DNA from: Mobula birostris | Lineage: Eukaryota | Assembly: GCF_030028105.1 (NCBI RefSeq) | Contig: NC_092378.1 | Coordinates: 109,667,731-109,731,730, forward strand | DNA length: 64,000 bases | Direction of reading: 5' to 3' | The notes under the pieces: model-generated | Database searches by the model: none | Told to the model about the DNA's origin: nothing | What the model saw: the letters and a program-made list of their open reading frames with translations, nothing else | Shown: piece by piece, positions 1 to 13,160 of the stretch | Position numbering within the stretch: position 1 is the stretch's first letter | Layout of the letters: each line of letters begins with the position of its first letter | Position numbers and translations under genes: made by a program

Positions 1-699
1 CTTATAATACACTTTTAAATTTTAATGTCACACAGTAACATAATAAATATTCTAATGAATAGGTGTGTTCTCGGGAGCATAGGAACAGGGCCCTGATGAA
101 CTTAATAAGAATGTCAATGATAAAACCAGTTGAAACTGATGCCAAGCCAGTGGGATGATAAAGTTACCAGATTAGTGGAGTTTTGCTGTAATCATTATAG
201 TTTTAGCATAAGGTAACTTTATTTAAATGCTCTCCATATTTTATTCTGTGCACAGACTTGCCACTGGCAAAGCTGTTGCTAAAGCCTTGCTGTGCCTGAC
301 CGCCTAGCACCCAGAAGCAGAGCTGACTTTTCCTGGCCATGGAATTTTGAACAAGTGGGGGCCATGGGTGGTGAGGAGTGAGGCTGATTCCACCACAATA
401 TATGCTGATAGTAGCTAGCCAATTAGTGCATTTTTGGGTTTAGATGTGTACTTGTGGTGTGCACTAATGAGAGATGGATAGCTCCTTCAAAGATTGCTGC
501 AGACTCAGTAGGAGCAGAAGTGGTGCTGACTTCAGAGAGGGGTTTGTGCCTGCAGGGTGTGGGAGTGTAGAAAAAGAGAATGGAAAGGAAAAATGGTAGC
601 TTAGACATAGTAGATTTCTCTCTTCAGTTCTCAAGTATGCTGTTGTGATAGCTGTTCCTATTGGTCGGGAGCAGACTTTACAAGGAGGGTAAGTTGAAT

Positions 700-1360
700 G
701 GAAGATGTCATCCTGTGCTTTGTTGGCTTTTATTACATGAAGGTTTGACTCGAGGAGTAAGGAATTTCTGCTGTTATAGTTCCTCGCTGAGACTGAGTCT
801 GGAGTTTTGATCTCCTTGCCTTAAAAAATTAATCTGCTTACAAATCTTGCCAGATTGGTTCCTGGGATGGCTGGTTTGCTGTATGAGAGTGGATAGACTA
901 GGCATAGTAGTAGTAGTAGTCATACTTTATTGATCCCAAGGGAAATTGGCATGCTTTATAAGAATAAGATCTTTGAAGATATCTAAACTAAAAGAATGTT
1001 TCCTCTAATTGACTTACAAATTACCAGAGAATAAAGAATGAGAGGTGATCTTATTGAATGTTATAAAATCCTTAAAGGCTTGAGCAGCTGGATGCAAGAA
1101 TGTAGTATTCCCTAGCTGGGATGTTGTAGTGCCAGTCTAGAAATGAGGAGCAATCCATTTAAGATTGAGACGAGAAATGCCTTCCTGTATAGGGTGCTGA
1201 AGCTGTGGATTTTACTCTCCAAAGTTGGCAATGGAGGCTTAGTTGTTTAGTTAATTCATTAATAACTTTCTGGATATAGGGAATTATACGGATAGAGAAG
1301 ACAAGATTCTTCATGTATGATGGGAACAGGCACAGAAGGCTCAGTGTTCTTGTCCTGTTT
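700..1360 (+). mobile_element. Decayed CR1 LINE 3' fragments
   Basis: Remnants of the CR1 RT end (agaatgagaggtgatcttattgaa = RMRGDLIE). Confidence 0.55.
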
Positions 1361-1434
1361 CGGGATCTTGTAGTTTCTAGATTTTTACTTCCTGTGCAGG
1401 ATGCTCTGACAAAATATTCCTCTGTTTCTCATAG

Positions 1435-1588
1435 TGGTGCAGACAGTATACGTACAGCCATCTCAGAGTTTCGGTGCACAGCCAGTGCAGACAACCTGTC
1501 CAACTTGTCATCAGGTAGTGTTGACACGTGTTCGCTACACACCGGGAGCACTGACTTGGATCAGCTGTGGAGGTCTCTTCGTGTTTGG
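1435..1588 (+). CDS. LITAF: LITAF penultimate coding exon (N-half of LITAF/SIMPLE zinc domain)
   Basis: Acceptor tctgtttctcatag, donor GG|gtaggt. Translation (phase 1): VQTVYVQPSQSFGAQPVQTTCPTCHQVVLTRVRYTPGALTWISCGGLFVFG, with the first CxxC and the GALTW hydrophobic segment typical of LITAF. The phase-2 end matches the next exon. Confidence 0.93.
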
Positions 1589-2299
1589 GTAGGTGGGCAG
1601 ATGAGCGTTCATTGTAAAATAATTCTTAAGAGTGTACTGTAAGTTATCTGTGCTTTGCAGTTCTCATAAAGAGAATTTAAAAGCTCAGAGCCCCTTTTGC
1701 TGCAATATCATATAAAAGTTTATGCATTTTCTCTACAAATCATCACAAGCAGAGACATAAATGAAGCATTCTGACAAGTACAAATGGCAAGGTAGTCTGT
1801 CTCTTTGGACAAAATTAATGGAATATTGCTAGGGTTGGGATATGTACATAGAAACCAAATAATCCTTAGAATTTGAAATAAAATGGAAACTAATCACCAA
1901 GCCAAAAATTTGTTAGATCATCCATGTTCAGTATAATTAGAAGATGAAAGAAAGAACTGGAAACTCTCTGCTTGTGGCCAAGTCTAAATTATTGTGGAAT
2001 TCTTATGCTGTTTGGTCATCCAATGGTATTGGTGTCTGGGTGTAATCTTTGTACCTTTTATTGAATGACAGTTAGCTTCCCTAGGCCTTTTGTGTTGGGA
2101 GAATCAGATCCTGCAAGTGTTGTATACATCTCCTTAAAGAGAAGCTATATGCTGGCGGAGATGTGCAGAAAGACCTGGGAGATCATGGAGGCTTGTAGGA
2201 CATAAGAGAGAGCAAATTCAATTGGCCAAACGGCCTAATACTGCTCTGATGGCTTATGGTTGTGTGTCTATAGACAATACACTAGCCTTGGTGGTGACA

Positions 2300-5200
2300 A
2301 GAGGAAAATCCTCTAGAGTTCTCTAGTAAAACCTCTCCTTTCATGACCTGGCTAATCAAAAATCTGTCAATCTGTGTCTTAACCATACCCAGTCACTTGG
2401 CCTCCACAGCCACCTAGGACATTTAGTTCCACAGATTCATCACTCTCTGGCTAAAGAAGTTCCTCCTCATTTCTGTTCTAAAAGGATTCCGTTTTCTTCA
2501 GAGGCTGTTTTCCTCTGGTCTTGGACTCTCCCTCCATAGAGAATATCCTCTCCACATCCACTCTATCGAGGCCTTTCACCATTCAATAGGTTTCAATGAG
2601 GTCACCCCTCATTCTTCTGCATTCCAGTGAGTGTGGGCCCAGAGCCATCAAACACTGTTCATATGACATACCTTTCAATCCCGAATTCTTTTAGAAACAT
2701 AGAAAATAGGTGCAGAAGTAGGCCATTCGGCCCTTTGAGCCTGCACCGCCATTCAGTATGATCATGGCTGATCATCCAACTCAGAACCGTGTACCTGCCT
2801 TCTCTCCATACCCCCTGATCCCTTTAGCCACAAGGGCCATTCTAACTCCCTCTTGAATATAGTCAATGAACTGGCCTCAACTGTTTCCTGTGGCAGAGAA
2901 TTCCACAGATTCACCACTCTCTGTGTGAAGAAGTTTTTCCTAATCTCAGTCCTAAAAGGCTTCCCCTTTATCCTCAAACTGTGACCCCTCGTTCTGGACT
3001 TCCCCAACATCGGGAACAATCTTCCTGCATCTAGCCTGTCCAATCCCTTTAGGATTTTATACGTTTCAATAAGATCCCCCCTCAATCTTCTAAATTCCAA
3101 TGAGTATAAGCCTAGTCGAACCAGTCTTTCATCATATGAAAGTCCTGCCATCTCAGGAATCAATCTGGTGAACCTTCTTTGTACTCCCTCTATGGCAAGA
3201 ATGTCTTTCCTCAGATTAGGGGACCAAAACTGCACACAATACTCCAGGTGTGGTCTCACCAAGGCCTTGTACAACTGCAGTAGTACCTCCCTGCTCCCGT
3301 ACTCGAATCCTCTTGCTATAAATGCCAGCATACCATTCGCCTTTTTCACCGCCTGCTGTACCTGCATGCTCGCTTTCAATGCCTGGTGTATAATGACACC
3401 CAGGTCTCGTTGCACCTCCCCTTTTCCTAATTGGCCACCATTCAGATAATAATCTGTTTTCCTGTTTTTGCCACCAAAGTGGATAACCTCACATTTATCC
3501 ACATTAAATTGCATCTGCCATGAATTTGCCCACTCATAAACATCCTTTTTCATAAACATCCTTTGAAACCTCTCCAATGTCAGCACATCCTTTCTTAATT
3601 AAGTGGTTCTTAACAGCTCACGATACTCCAAGTGAGGCCTCACCAGTGGCTTATAAAGCCTCAACGTTACATCCTTGCTTTTAATATTCTAGTCCTCTTG
3701 AAACGAATGCTCAAATCATATTGCCTACCTCACCACCAACTCAACCTGCATATTAATCTTTAGAGAATCCTGCACAAGGACTCCCAAGTCCCTTTGCATC
3801 TCAAATTTTTGAATTTTCTCTGCAATCAACCACTGCTTATCCGTGCTAGAGTCTTTCCTGTAATATCATGGGCTCTTAACTTGTAGCATGTTGTCAAATG
3901 CCTTCTGAAAATTCAAGTACAGAACATCCACCCAATTCTCATTTGTTTATCCTGCTTTTAATTTATTCAAAGAATTCCAACAGATTTCTCAGACAAATTT
4001 TTCCCCTGAGGAAACCATGCTAACTATGACCTATTTTATTCTGTGCCTCCAAGTACCCCGAAACCACATCTTGAACAATTGACTCCAACATCTTCTCAAC
4101 AACTGAGGTCAGACTAACTGGCCTATAATTTCCTTTCTTCTACCACTTTCTAATCTTGAAGAGTGGAGTGATATTTGCAATTTTCCATTCCTCTGGAACA
4201 ATGCCAGAATGAATTAATTCTTGAAAGATCAGTGAGGAGACTAATGTCTCCACATTTTCTTCAGCCACCTCTTTCAGAACCCTGGAGTATATACCATCTA
4301 GCCCAGGTGATTTTTTTCTACTTTCAAACCTTTCATTTTCACAAGAACCTTCTCCCTAGTAATGCTAATTTCACACACTTCTGCTCACTGGCATTCTCGA
4401 ACTTCTGGCATACCGCTACTGTCTTCCACAGTGAAGACTGATGCGAAATACTTCCCCAGTTCATCTGCTATTTCTTTGTCCCCCAATACTACCTGAACAG
4501 CAGCATTTTCCGGTGGTCCAATATCTGCTCTCGTCTCTTACACTTTATGTATCTGAAGAAACTTTTTGTGTCCTCTTTAATATTATTGGTTAGTTCCCTT
4601 TTGTATTCCATCTTTTCCTTCTTTATTTTTGTGTTGCCTTCTGTTGGTTTTTAAAAGATTCCCAAACTTGCCACTAAGTTTTGCTCTATTATATGTCCTC
4701 TCTTTGGTTTCTATGTTGGCTTTGACTTCTCTTGTTAGCCGCAGTTATCTCATCTTGCCTTTAATATACTTTTTCCTCTTTGGGATGTATATATCCTGTG
4801 CCTTCCAAATTATTTACAGAAATTCCAGCCACTGCTGCTCTGTCGTCATCTCTGCCAGTGTTCTTTTCCAATCATTTTTGGTCAGCTCCTTTCTTATGCC
4901 TCTGTAATTCCCTTTACTCCACTGTAATGCCGATACATCTGACTTTAGCTTCTCCTCAAATTGCAAGGTGATTTTGATCATATTATGATCACTTTTCCCT
5001 AAGGGTTCCTATACCTTAAGTTCTCTGATTAATTCCAATTTATTGCACAGCACCTAATCGAGAGTAGTTGGTCCTCTAGTAGGCTCAACCATCCGCTGCT
5101 CTTAAAAAGCCATCTCATAACCATTCTAGAAATTCCCACTCTTGTGATCCAGCACCAACCTGATTTTCCTAATCTACCTGCATATTGAAATCCCCCATGA

Positions 5201-5390
5201 CTATTGTAACAATGTACTTTTGGCATGCGTTTTCTTTATTGTAATTTGCAGAACACATCCTTACTATTGTGTGAGGGTCTGTATATAACTTCCATCAGGG
5301 TTTCTTTACCCTTGCAGTTCCTTAGCTCTACACGCAACGATTCTACATCATCCATCCCTATGTCACCTCTTTCTAATGATTTGTTGACTA
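2300..5390 (-). mobile_element. Old CR1 LINE (ORF2 remnant) containing a younger CR1 insertion
   Basis: Reverse-strand CR1 ORF2 remnants running from the RT end to the endonuclease region, interrupted at about 2693-3537. Confidence 0.8.
2693..3537 (-). mobile_element. Young 5'-truncated CR1 LINE (RT C-terminus + 3'UTR)
   Basis: Open ORF 2762-3586(-): WQMQFNVDKCEVIHFG...RPHLEYCVQFWSP...RGDLIETYK...NFFTQRVVNLWNSLP, with a (TTCTATGT)-type 3' tail. Confidence 0.93.
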
Positions 5391-5939
5391 GAATGTCAAT
5401 AAGTCTTGAGTAAAGTTATAAGCCTTGAATCAAACTTGCTAGCACCTAGCTACTCAAAGTAGCCATTTCACCAGAATAGAACGTATAGCCATTTCCTTTC
5501 TCTTGAAATAAATATAGAACTGAAGGAGGCAGTAGACAGCCAGTGCCCGTGTGCTCATATCCTTTACAGAGAAGATTCTGCTAGCATCTATTTGGAGGCT
5601 TATTGAGGCCATGCCTTTACCAAAAAGTTGTTTTTTTTTTGTGTGTGTGCACGGATCAACAGCCAAACATCTTCCTGCACTAGCTTTGCCCCCTTTCTAT
5701 TTTGAGTAACTTTGTGATTTGGAGGAAACTGGCCAACGTTGGTATTTCCAGAAATCTGCTATTCTAGTCCTTGCTGATAGAGGTTGCAGGTTTGCAAGGT
5801 GATGTTGAAATGGTGCGGTTAAGTAACTAGTATCTTATGGGTGATTTGCTTCAAAGTAAAAGAAGAGTTTATGGTCATTCAGAAACACATATATGCACCG
5901 ATGAAATGAAAAATATACTTGTAGCAGTATCACAGGTAT

Positions 5940-6520
5940 ATATCAGAATCAGGTTTATTATCACTGATGTTTTGTATGTTGTGAAATCTGTTTTGCAGCA
6001 CAGTACAGTGCAATACATAAGATATACTATGAATTACAATAAGATACTTCAAAAGACTAAATAAGTAGCGCAAAGATAGAGGGGTGGTATTCATGGGTTC
6101 ATTGACTGTTCAGAAATCTGATGACGGGGGGTTGGGGGTGGGCGGAGAGAAAGCTGTTCCTAAAATGCTGAGTATGTGTCTTCAGGCTCCTGTACCTCCC
6201 TGATGGCGGTAATGAGAAGAGCAAGTGTGCTGGGTGATAGATGTCCTTAATGATGGATGTTGCTTTTTTGATGCATCACTTTTTGAAGATACCCTTGATG
6301 GTGGAGAGGCTGATGCCCATGATGAAAATGGCTGAGTTTACTACACTCTGCAGCTTTCCAATTCTGTACGGTGGCCCCTTTGTGCCAGATGGTGATGCAC
6401 CCAGTTACATGCTCGCCACAGTACTTTGTAGAAACTTGCTGGAGTCTTTGGTGACATGCTAAATCTCCTTAAACTCCTAATGAAGTACAGCTGCTGTCAT
6501 GCCTTCTTCATAATTGTATT
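5940..6520 (-). mobile_element. Rex1/Babar-type LINE 3' fragment
   Basis: tcagaatcaggtttattatcactga tail and decayed KAASIIKD...-type coding on the minus strand. Confidence 0.65.
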
Positions 6521-7505
6521 ATCATTAGAGGCAATATTGACAAGAGAAACAATTATTTTTAAAGTAAGTTATATAAGAAAGAACAGAATTACTGCAAATT
6601 GATGTATGGGGTGAGCCTGTTACTGATACTTGGGGTGGAGGGAGTGAATGTATAGAATATTGGATGCAGTGTTAAATTATGAACTTTTCAAACCGCTTGT
6701 GTTCCTGGAGCTTCACTCATCTAAGCATTTTGTATTCATCATCTGAGCCTTGTGTCTAGCGAGAAAGTTTGGGAATTGGGAGATGAGTCACTTAGACCAG
6801 TTCTCAGCACCTGGCACATTCAGGAATTGGCCATGGCCATTTTGCCTCCATCACCATCCTCCCCAAATCTTAAAGTCTCGATCTCAGTTGACGTTGGGAT
6901 AAGAGGATCAGTAATTTAGAACTGAGTTGAGGAAAAAGCTGCTTTAAACAGATTGCATATCTTTTTGATGTTGTTTACTGTAAGGTTCTAAATGTTCACT
7001 CACTAAGGTCTGTCAGAGCAGAGACTGACAATGATGGAATGCAAGATTTTGGAGATCGAGATTTGAATTGAATTAAAGATGGTGTGTTGGTCATTATCTT
7101 TCTGGACAGCAGAACCGTCTCATTGAGTTTATTGATCAAGAAGTGGAGGATTTTAGAAATGTCCTTGAAGCTTTTTTTTGTTGTATTTGGTAACAACCCT
7201 GCCCTGGTGTTGTACTGATGATAAAGTCATACAGGATAAAAATAGATCTTTCAACCTATCATGTCAACCATCAAAATCCTATTTACACATCCCACTTTAT
7301 TCTGCTTGCAATTCCATCAACTTCCCAGATTCCGCCCTATATACACCCAGTTATGTTAATTTACAGAGGCCAGTCAACCAGTAAATCCACATCTTTGGGG
7401 GAAACAAGAGTATCTTAAGGAAACCTTCACAGTCACAGGGTGAATATGTGAACTCCACACAGCACTGGAATTCAGGATTTTAAACACACAATAAGCGCAG
7501 AATAG

Positions 7506-7669
7506 CAAACACGAGGAAATCTGCAGATGCTGGAATTTCAAGCAACACACTTAAAAGTTGCTGGTGAACGCAGCAGTCCTGATGAAGGGTCTCAGCCCAA
7601 AACGTCGACTGTACCTCTTCCTAGAGATGCTGCTTGGCCTGCTGCGTTCACCAGCAACTTTTATGTGTG
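7506..7669. mobile_element. Miniature Penelope-derived insertion with inverted arms and hammerhead motif
   Basis: Flanked by a 13-bp direct repeat aagcgcagaatag (7493-7505, 7670-7682). Sequence matches the pLTR of the Penelope copies at 14.8 and 18.9 kb. Confidence 0.85.
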
Positions 7670-8616
7670 AAGCGCAGAATAGGCCCGTTGAGCTATGCCT
7701 CCCAGCAATCACCCGATTTAATCCCAGCCTAATCACAGGACAATTTGTATTGACCAATTAACCTGTCAATGTCTTTGGACAGTGAAGGTAACCCACATCA
7801 CAGGGAGAATGTACAAAGTCCTTACAGGCAGCAGCAGCTGCTGTTCAATGTGGGTCACCTGTACTGTAAAGTGTCGTGCTTTGCTCTGTGCTACTGTGTA
7901 GAAGTGAATCACTGGAGCCATGAGACAGTAGCTCTGCTACCCTGTTGTTTTAGCCTAGATCATGTGAAGTGAAACATGATCCCATAGCCCCAAGTCAGGT
8001 CAAGTATTTAAAAAAAACGGTTTGTTCATTGCTGCATGCTGCCTGCTGAGCAAAGCATTTTAATCAACGTTGCCTTGACCACAGCAAATTAGATGGTGAA
8101 ACTGTGTGTTTGCTGGAAAGAAGTCCTCTTGCTTGGAAACCAAGGGAAATTGTCTTGATTGATGGATTGGGTTATTTCTGTTTGTCTCTTCCTGTGCTTT
8201 CTGCAATTGAACAAATACAATGAGCACCCAAAAATTGGCTAGGTGAATGAAAGGAAAGGAGATAGAGGAACTGAGAGCAAGGTAGGTAGATGTAGTTATT
8301 ACTTCATGAAAGGCAATTGCTGGATGGGTTCGATTCTTTTCATTTTTAAACTGGAAAAGGTGCATCGGAATGAAGGCAGGCAGCACGTAAAAATCCACTG
8401 CTGAGATGAGATGCACTCATACATGCAACTTGCATACTATTACCATGTGCATCTTGAGTTGAAACCAGATGTAGGATTCCATTTTGCACTCCTGCTCAGA
8501 TGACCACTACACTACTCCTTATGAATATACTGAAATAAAATGGTCAATATTTATATATTGACAACTGTTTCAGAAGCTGCTCAGCGAGAGATCTGATTTT
8601 TTGGGTTCAGCTCTAA

Positions 8617-8748
<132 letters not shown>

Positions 8749-10575
8749 AATCTTGCCTCAAGATTTGATTATTCTTCTATAAAAATATTAAGTTTTGATG
8801 CTGATTCTTATTTGTAACTTGCATAATGAGATTTTTATTTTACTTGAAGACGGATGCTCACAACTGTTAGCTCTGGGCATTCTTCTTCCTTGATACCTGC
8901 TGCCTGTCTCTCTAATCTGTTACTGGAAGATATGTACTCTTGCAGATGTCATTAGTTATCATTTATGGAAAGATAATTTGTAATTCATTCTTAATCATCT
9001 AATCTTTGAATTATTTACACTGGTTTTTTGTTTGCGAAGGGTAGTTTTTGATTGAGATCACTTCTGAAAATGACCCACCAAGAAGTTGGATTATGCCTTT
9101 ATATAATATCTTTAATTGGTAATATTTATAGTAGACTGTTTTTTCAATTCCCAATGACAATTTGCTAAGCAAAGATCTTAATAAATAATATTCTACCCTT
9201 TTTAAATGCAGTATGTCTACGATCTGACACATAGCTTTGCACTTGATTATTTCCGATTTCTCTTTTGCTGACTTTGAATAAAGGAACCGCATTGCAGAAC
9301 AAGTTCACATTTGATGGTGAAGATTGAAAGCACTTGCACTTTCAAAATGCATTTTTTAATTTCAAAAGCTGCTTAATAAGCCTTCATTTGCAGTGGAACT
9401 GGGTAAAATGTCACTTCATAGGAAAGATGTACTATGATTATAATTTGAGGAGGAATTGTATTTAAGCAAATTTTGTGTTTCTGTATTGAGTGTTAAAGTG
9501 CACATGATTGGTAATGATGTTGACTATGTACTTTGCTAATTCAGGCAAAATAATTTTTTTAATAGATAGTTGCCAACTAGACTGAAATTTAATTTGCATG
9601 TGATTGAGTTGTGTACTCTGACAAATGGAGGCTCTTTTAGGGAAATTGAAACCGAACACAAAACTATGTGGCTAAGGAAGTCTGGTTTTTCAGTTTTGGA
9701 TATTACCAAGTATCAGGGTGATGGGCTAGTGATGAAGAAAATTCTAATGATGAAATTTTAATATTTTGGAAAAGTGAAGAATTTTGAAATCATTGGAAGA
9801 AGTGTGTAATTCTTCCCTATTATCAGGATGGCAGGAAGCTGATGGGATCAGATTAAGTGCCTGTTTCTTTTCACTCAAGTAGATTTAGGCAGTGTGTATA
9901 AAAGTATCCAGCTTGATCATGGGTTTAAATTTACACCACACCTCCTCCTGACTTCCTTCAGTTCAGATAATGGTGAGTACATTTTGGTTTTAAATTCTTA
10001 ATTTATCTTCACCAACTAGGACTTCCCAGGAGTTATGTTTGACCTATACATAATGAGAAATTGTGGACAACTGTTTATTGAGCCCAGTACAGCTGTTTTT
10101 CTAAAAGTCCAAGCTTCAATTTTTGTCTCTGTTATCTACGCAAACTGGAATCTGACCAATTTGACATACTTCAACTATTTTAAATGATTAAGATTGTATT
10201 GCTATTTAAATATTGTTATAAATTGAAATTGTATTAAGTCAGTATATCTGCAATTGAAACTCGCTTCTAAAAGTGAAGAGGGCCTCGCTCAAAGTGAGTG
10301 CTCTTTCATGATTGAATGTGTTCTGTTGTATGACTTTTAAGTGCTACCAAAGCTTTTTGTAATGGTCTTGTAATGGATAATAAAAATACTTTTTGTACAT
10401 GAATTTGTTTCTTGCGTTGTTTCTTGAAGGGTTGCAAAGAATTTTCAATGACCAGGCTCTTTTGATGTATGTAATTTATAGTGATGTACAGGTATAGGAA
10501 TGTCCATTCTGCTGGTATCTGTGGTTTTGTAATATGGAATTGCTTTGCTAAATAAATGTGAAACCCTTTTTTACC
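8749..10575 (+). other. LITAF: Probable LITAF 3'UTR
   Basis: AT/U-rich and free of recognisable TEs in an otherwise TE-dense window; ends at AATAAA 10551-10556. Confidence 0.6.
10551..10556 (+). terminator. Candidate LITAF polyadenylation signal
   Basis: AATAAA at the end of the TE-free UTR-like block, with U-rich/TGTA elements upstream. Confidence 0.5.
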
Positions 10576-11899
10576 AGATGATGTCTCTAGAGCTGTGGCT
10601 CATTAACCCCTTGCTAAAAGCCAGTGGACTCAGTGGTGAGGACACCACCTTTCTCAGAGCCTGTACATCTAGGGTCGTTATGACTTGGGTCCCACCAAGA
10701 CCGGGAAGTTAGGATGTCCTGCCCACCTGAACCCCAGTCTATGTGAATGCTGTCTAACTACTGCCCACATACAGTTAGCCTTTGGCAAGAAATAACAGAT
10801 CATGCACTGCATACAATTATAAAGAAATTATATTTATAAATGAAAGTGTATGTATTCAGCTGTTATTAAAGGGAAAAAAAACAAAAAGGCCCATTATAAT
10901 TAAAACTGTCAAATATGTACAAGGTTGGAGCTCAATTCTTCTAAAAGCTGATGTGTCCATTGTACTTGTGGCACCAACTCCTATTCACTGATCACCAGTA
11001 GAATTTTCCCTCTTGGACTCCATCAAATTGTTCATTCTCATTGGATTGAATCCTACGGCTGGTTCTCTTGAACTTCTCTTCCCCATGTCAGACATCCCAC
11101 CCTGCAAAAACTCATTTCAGGGAGGTAGCACCATCAATTTGCGGGAGACTTCCGGGAGAGGTGGGATGTCTGCAATAGAGTAGTTCCCTAGCAACTGGCC
11201 AGCTAGTTTAAATAATGTTAGCTATGCTAATGAACGAATGACACCTGTTAAACTCACCCCAACACGGTCTTTTACAGTCTTAACCCACCATGGGCAATAG
11301 AAAAGTCACTATTGCAAACAGTGCAGCGAGCAACAGTCATTATTTTGACCCCTATTAGGCAGGGGTACACTTTAGTGTAGTCTGGGGTGACGTACGTTTT
11401 ATTTTTTTTTTGGAACACTCTCCCATGGCGTGCTCTCGCTTTCGCTCTGTCTTGCTTTCTCGCTCGCTTGCTCTCGCCGTCTCGCGTGCGCACTCTCTCT
11501 CGTCGCTCTCGCGCTCTCTCTTGCTTTCTCTCACTCTCAAAAGATTGATTTCCGTGATTTTGTATATAATTTGCGGGCATCAGGGAGCCACTATTAATAT
11601 GCGGGAGACTCCCGGAACTTCCGGGAGAGGTGGGATGTCTGCCATCTCCTGCCAAAAAGGCATCAACCCACACCAGAGTCCGTCACAAATGTCTCCCCCC
11701 CCCCCACCCCGCCCATCCCAGCATTCTCTAGAACCTCTCCCAATTCCACCATCCTGATTAGACATTCCTAAGTTGAACATCACAACTCCTTATTTTAAAC
11801 AGTAATCTAAACACTACCAGCAGAACACTGCTTCTACAGAAAACCATTAAGTGAAATGCCCTACAACATTAGCAGTAAAATCTTAACCAGGGTGTTATG
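10557..11899 (-). mobile_element. Solo-LTR-like element (same family as 18804-20797) with a nested hAT derivative
   Basis: Starts tgtgaaaccc and ends ...aaccagggtgttat; both ends are reverse-complement similar to the 18804-20797 element. Confidence 0.65.
11089..11641 (-). mobile_element. Non-autonomous hAT-like DNA transposon
   Basis: TIR cagacatcccac / gtgggatgtctg; minus-strand remnant YPCLIGVK...CTVCNSDFSIAHGG resembles the N-terminal zinc finger of hAT transposases. Confidence 0.7.
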
Positions 11900-12094
11900 A
11901 ATGGCAAACTGGCCAATATCAGAAGTTCAATTTTTTTTGGTCTTCCTCTTATAGTTGAGAGACATTTGTGATACTTAAACATAACAGTCAAAGTTTGCAG
12001 GAGCTTGAGCATACTGAAAGACGTCACTCAGTGTTGGGTTGTTTACTGCAATGTATTTCTACGCTGGACATGTAATAAGCACAGTTTGTCCTGG

Positions 12095-12500
12095 GAACTC
12101 ATTGTGTGAAACCTTTCCCTTCTCACCCATCCATCACCTCCCTCTGGTGCCACACCTGTTTTCTTTACCCTCCTCCCCCCACCCCCATGGTCCACTCTCC
12201 TTTCCTATCAGATTTCTTCTTCAACCCTTTACCTTTTCCCCGTATCCCCTCCCAGCTTTTCACCCCAACCCCTTTCCCCCACCTTCTGCCTTACCTGGCT
12301 TCACCTATCACCTGCCATCTTGTACAGTGCCCCACCCGCACCTTACTCTGGCTTCTTTCCCCTTTACAGTCCTGATGAAGGGACTATGCCCAAAACATTG
12401 ACTGTTGTTTCTGCTCCACAGATGCTAACTGTCCTGCTGAGTTCCTCCAGCATTTTGTTTTGTTCTGGATTTCCAACACCTGCAAAATCTCTTGTATTTC
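12095..12500 (+). mobile_element. Penelope 3' fragment with degenerate hammerhead
   Basis: Pyrimidine-rich tract, then cagtc-ctgatga-agggactatgccc-aaaa and ctgctgagttcctccagcat. Confidence 0.75.
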
Positions 12501-12894
12501 TGATGGGAATTGTGATTAGAATTTCACAGAATCAAATGGAACAGGTCTCTCCCTCCCCCACTACACAACTGACAACTCTTTCATGACCACCTTTTAAAAT
12601 TCCTTCATAATCTTAAAGGGTTTATCAGACTGAACCCTCTTTTGGAGAGAAATGATTCTCAGTCAAACAATAATTCCTTGCAGGTATGCTCATTGCCTCT
12701 TATATTTCCAATGTGCTCGGGACTGTGCCTGATTGCCTAAGTACAACTTAATCCAGGGTCAAAGATTGAAACATACTACGTATCTCTACTTTTCAGTTCT
12801 GCACTTTTAGAAATGAAACCCAATGCTCATTTGCTTTCTATAGGCTGGTACAGGTTTTGTTGGGGTATGGGTGATGTTGATGGCTGGTTCAATA

Positions 12895-13160
12895 GACAAT
12901 AGGTGCAGGAGTAGACCATATGGCCCTCTGAGCCAGCACCACCATTCATTGTGATCATGACTGATCATCCACAATCAGTACCCCGTTCCTGCCTTCTCTC
13001 CACATCCCTTGACTCCATTATCTTTAAGAGCTCTATCTAACTCTTTCTTGAAAGCATCCAGAGAATTGGCCTCCACTACCTTCTGAGGCAGAGCATTCCA
13101 CAGACCCACAACTCTCTGGGTGAAAAAGTTTTTCCTCAACTCTGTTCTAAATGGCCTACC
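12895..13160 (-). mobile_element. CR1 3' fragment
   Basis: RPFRTELRKNFFTQRVVGLWNALP and a CR1 3'UTR. Confidence 0.85.

Noticed and set aside
1313-1642. 109-aa ORF, and an alternative acceptor at 1399 (cctgtgcag)
   Set aside because: The ORF is the wrong frame of the LITAF exon. The upstream AG would add 35 nt and frameshift the LITAF domain.
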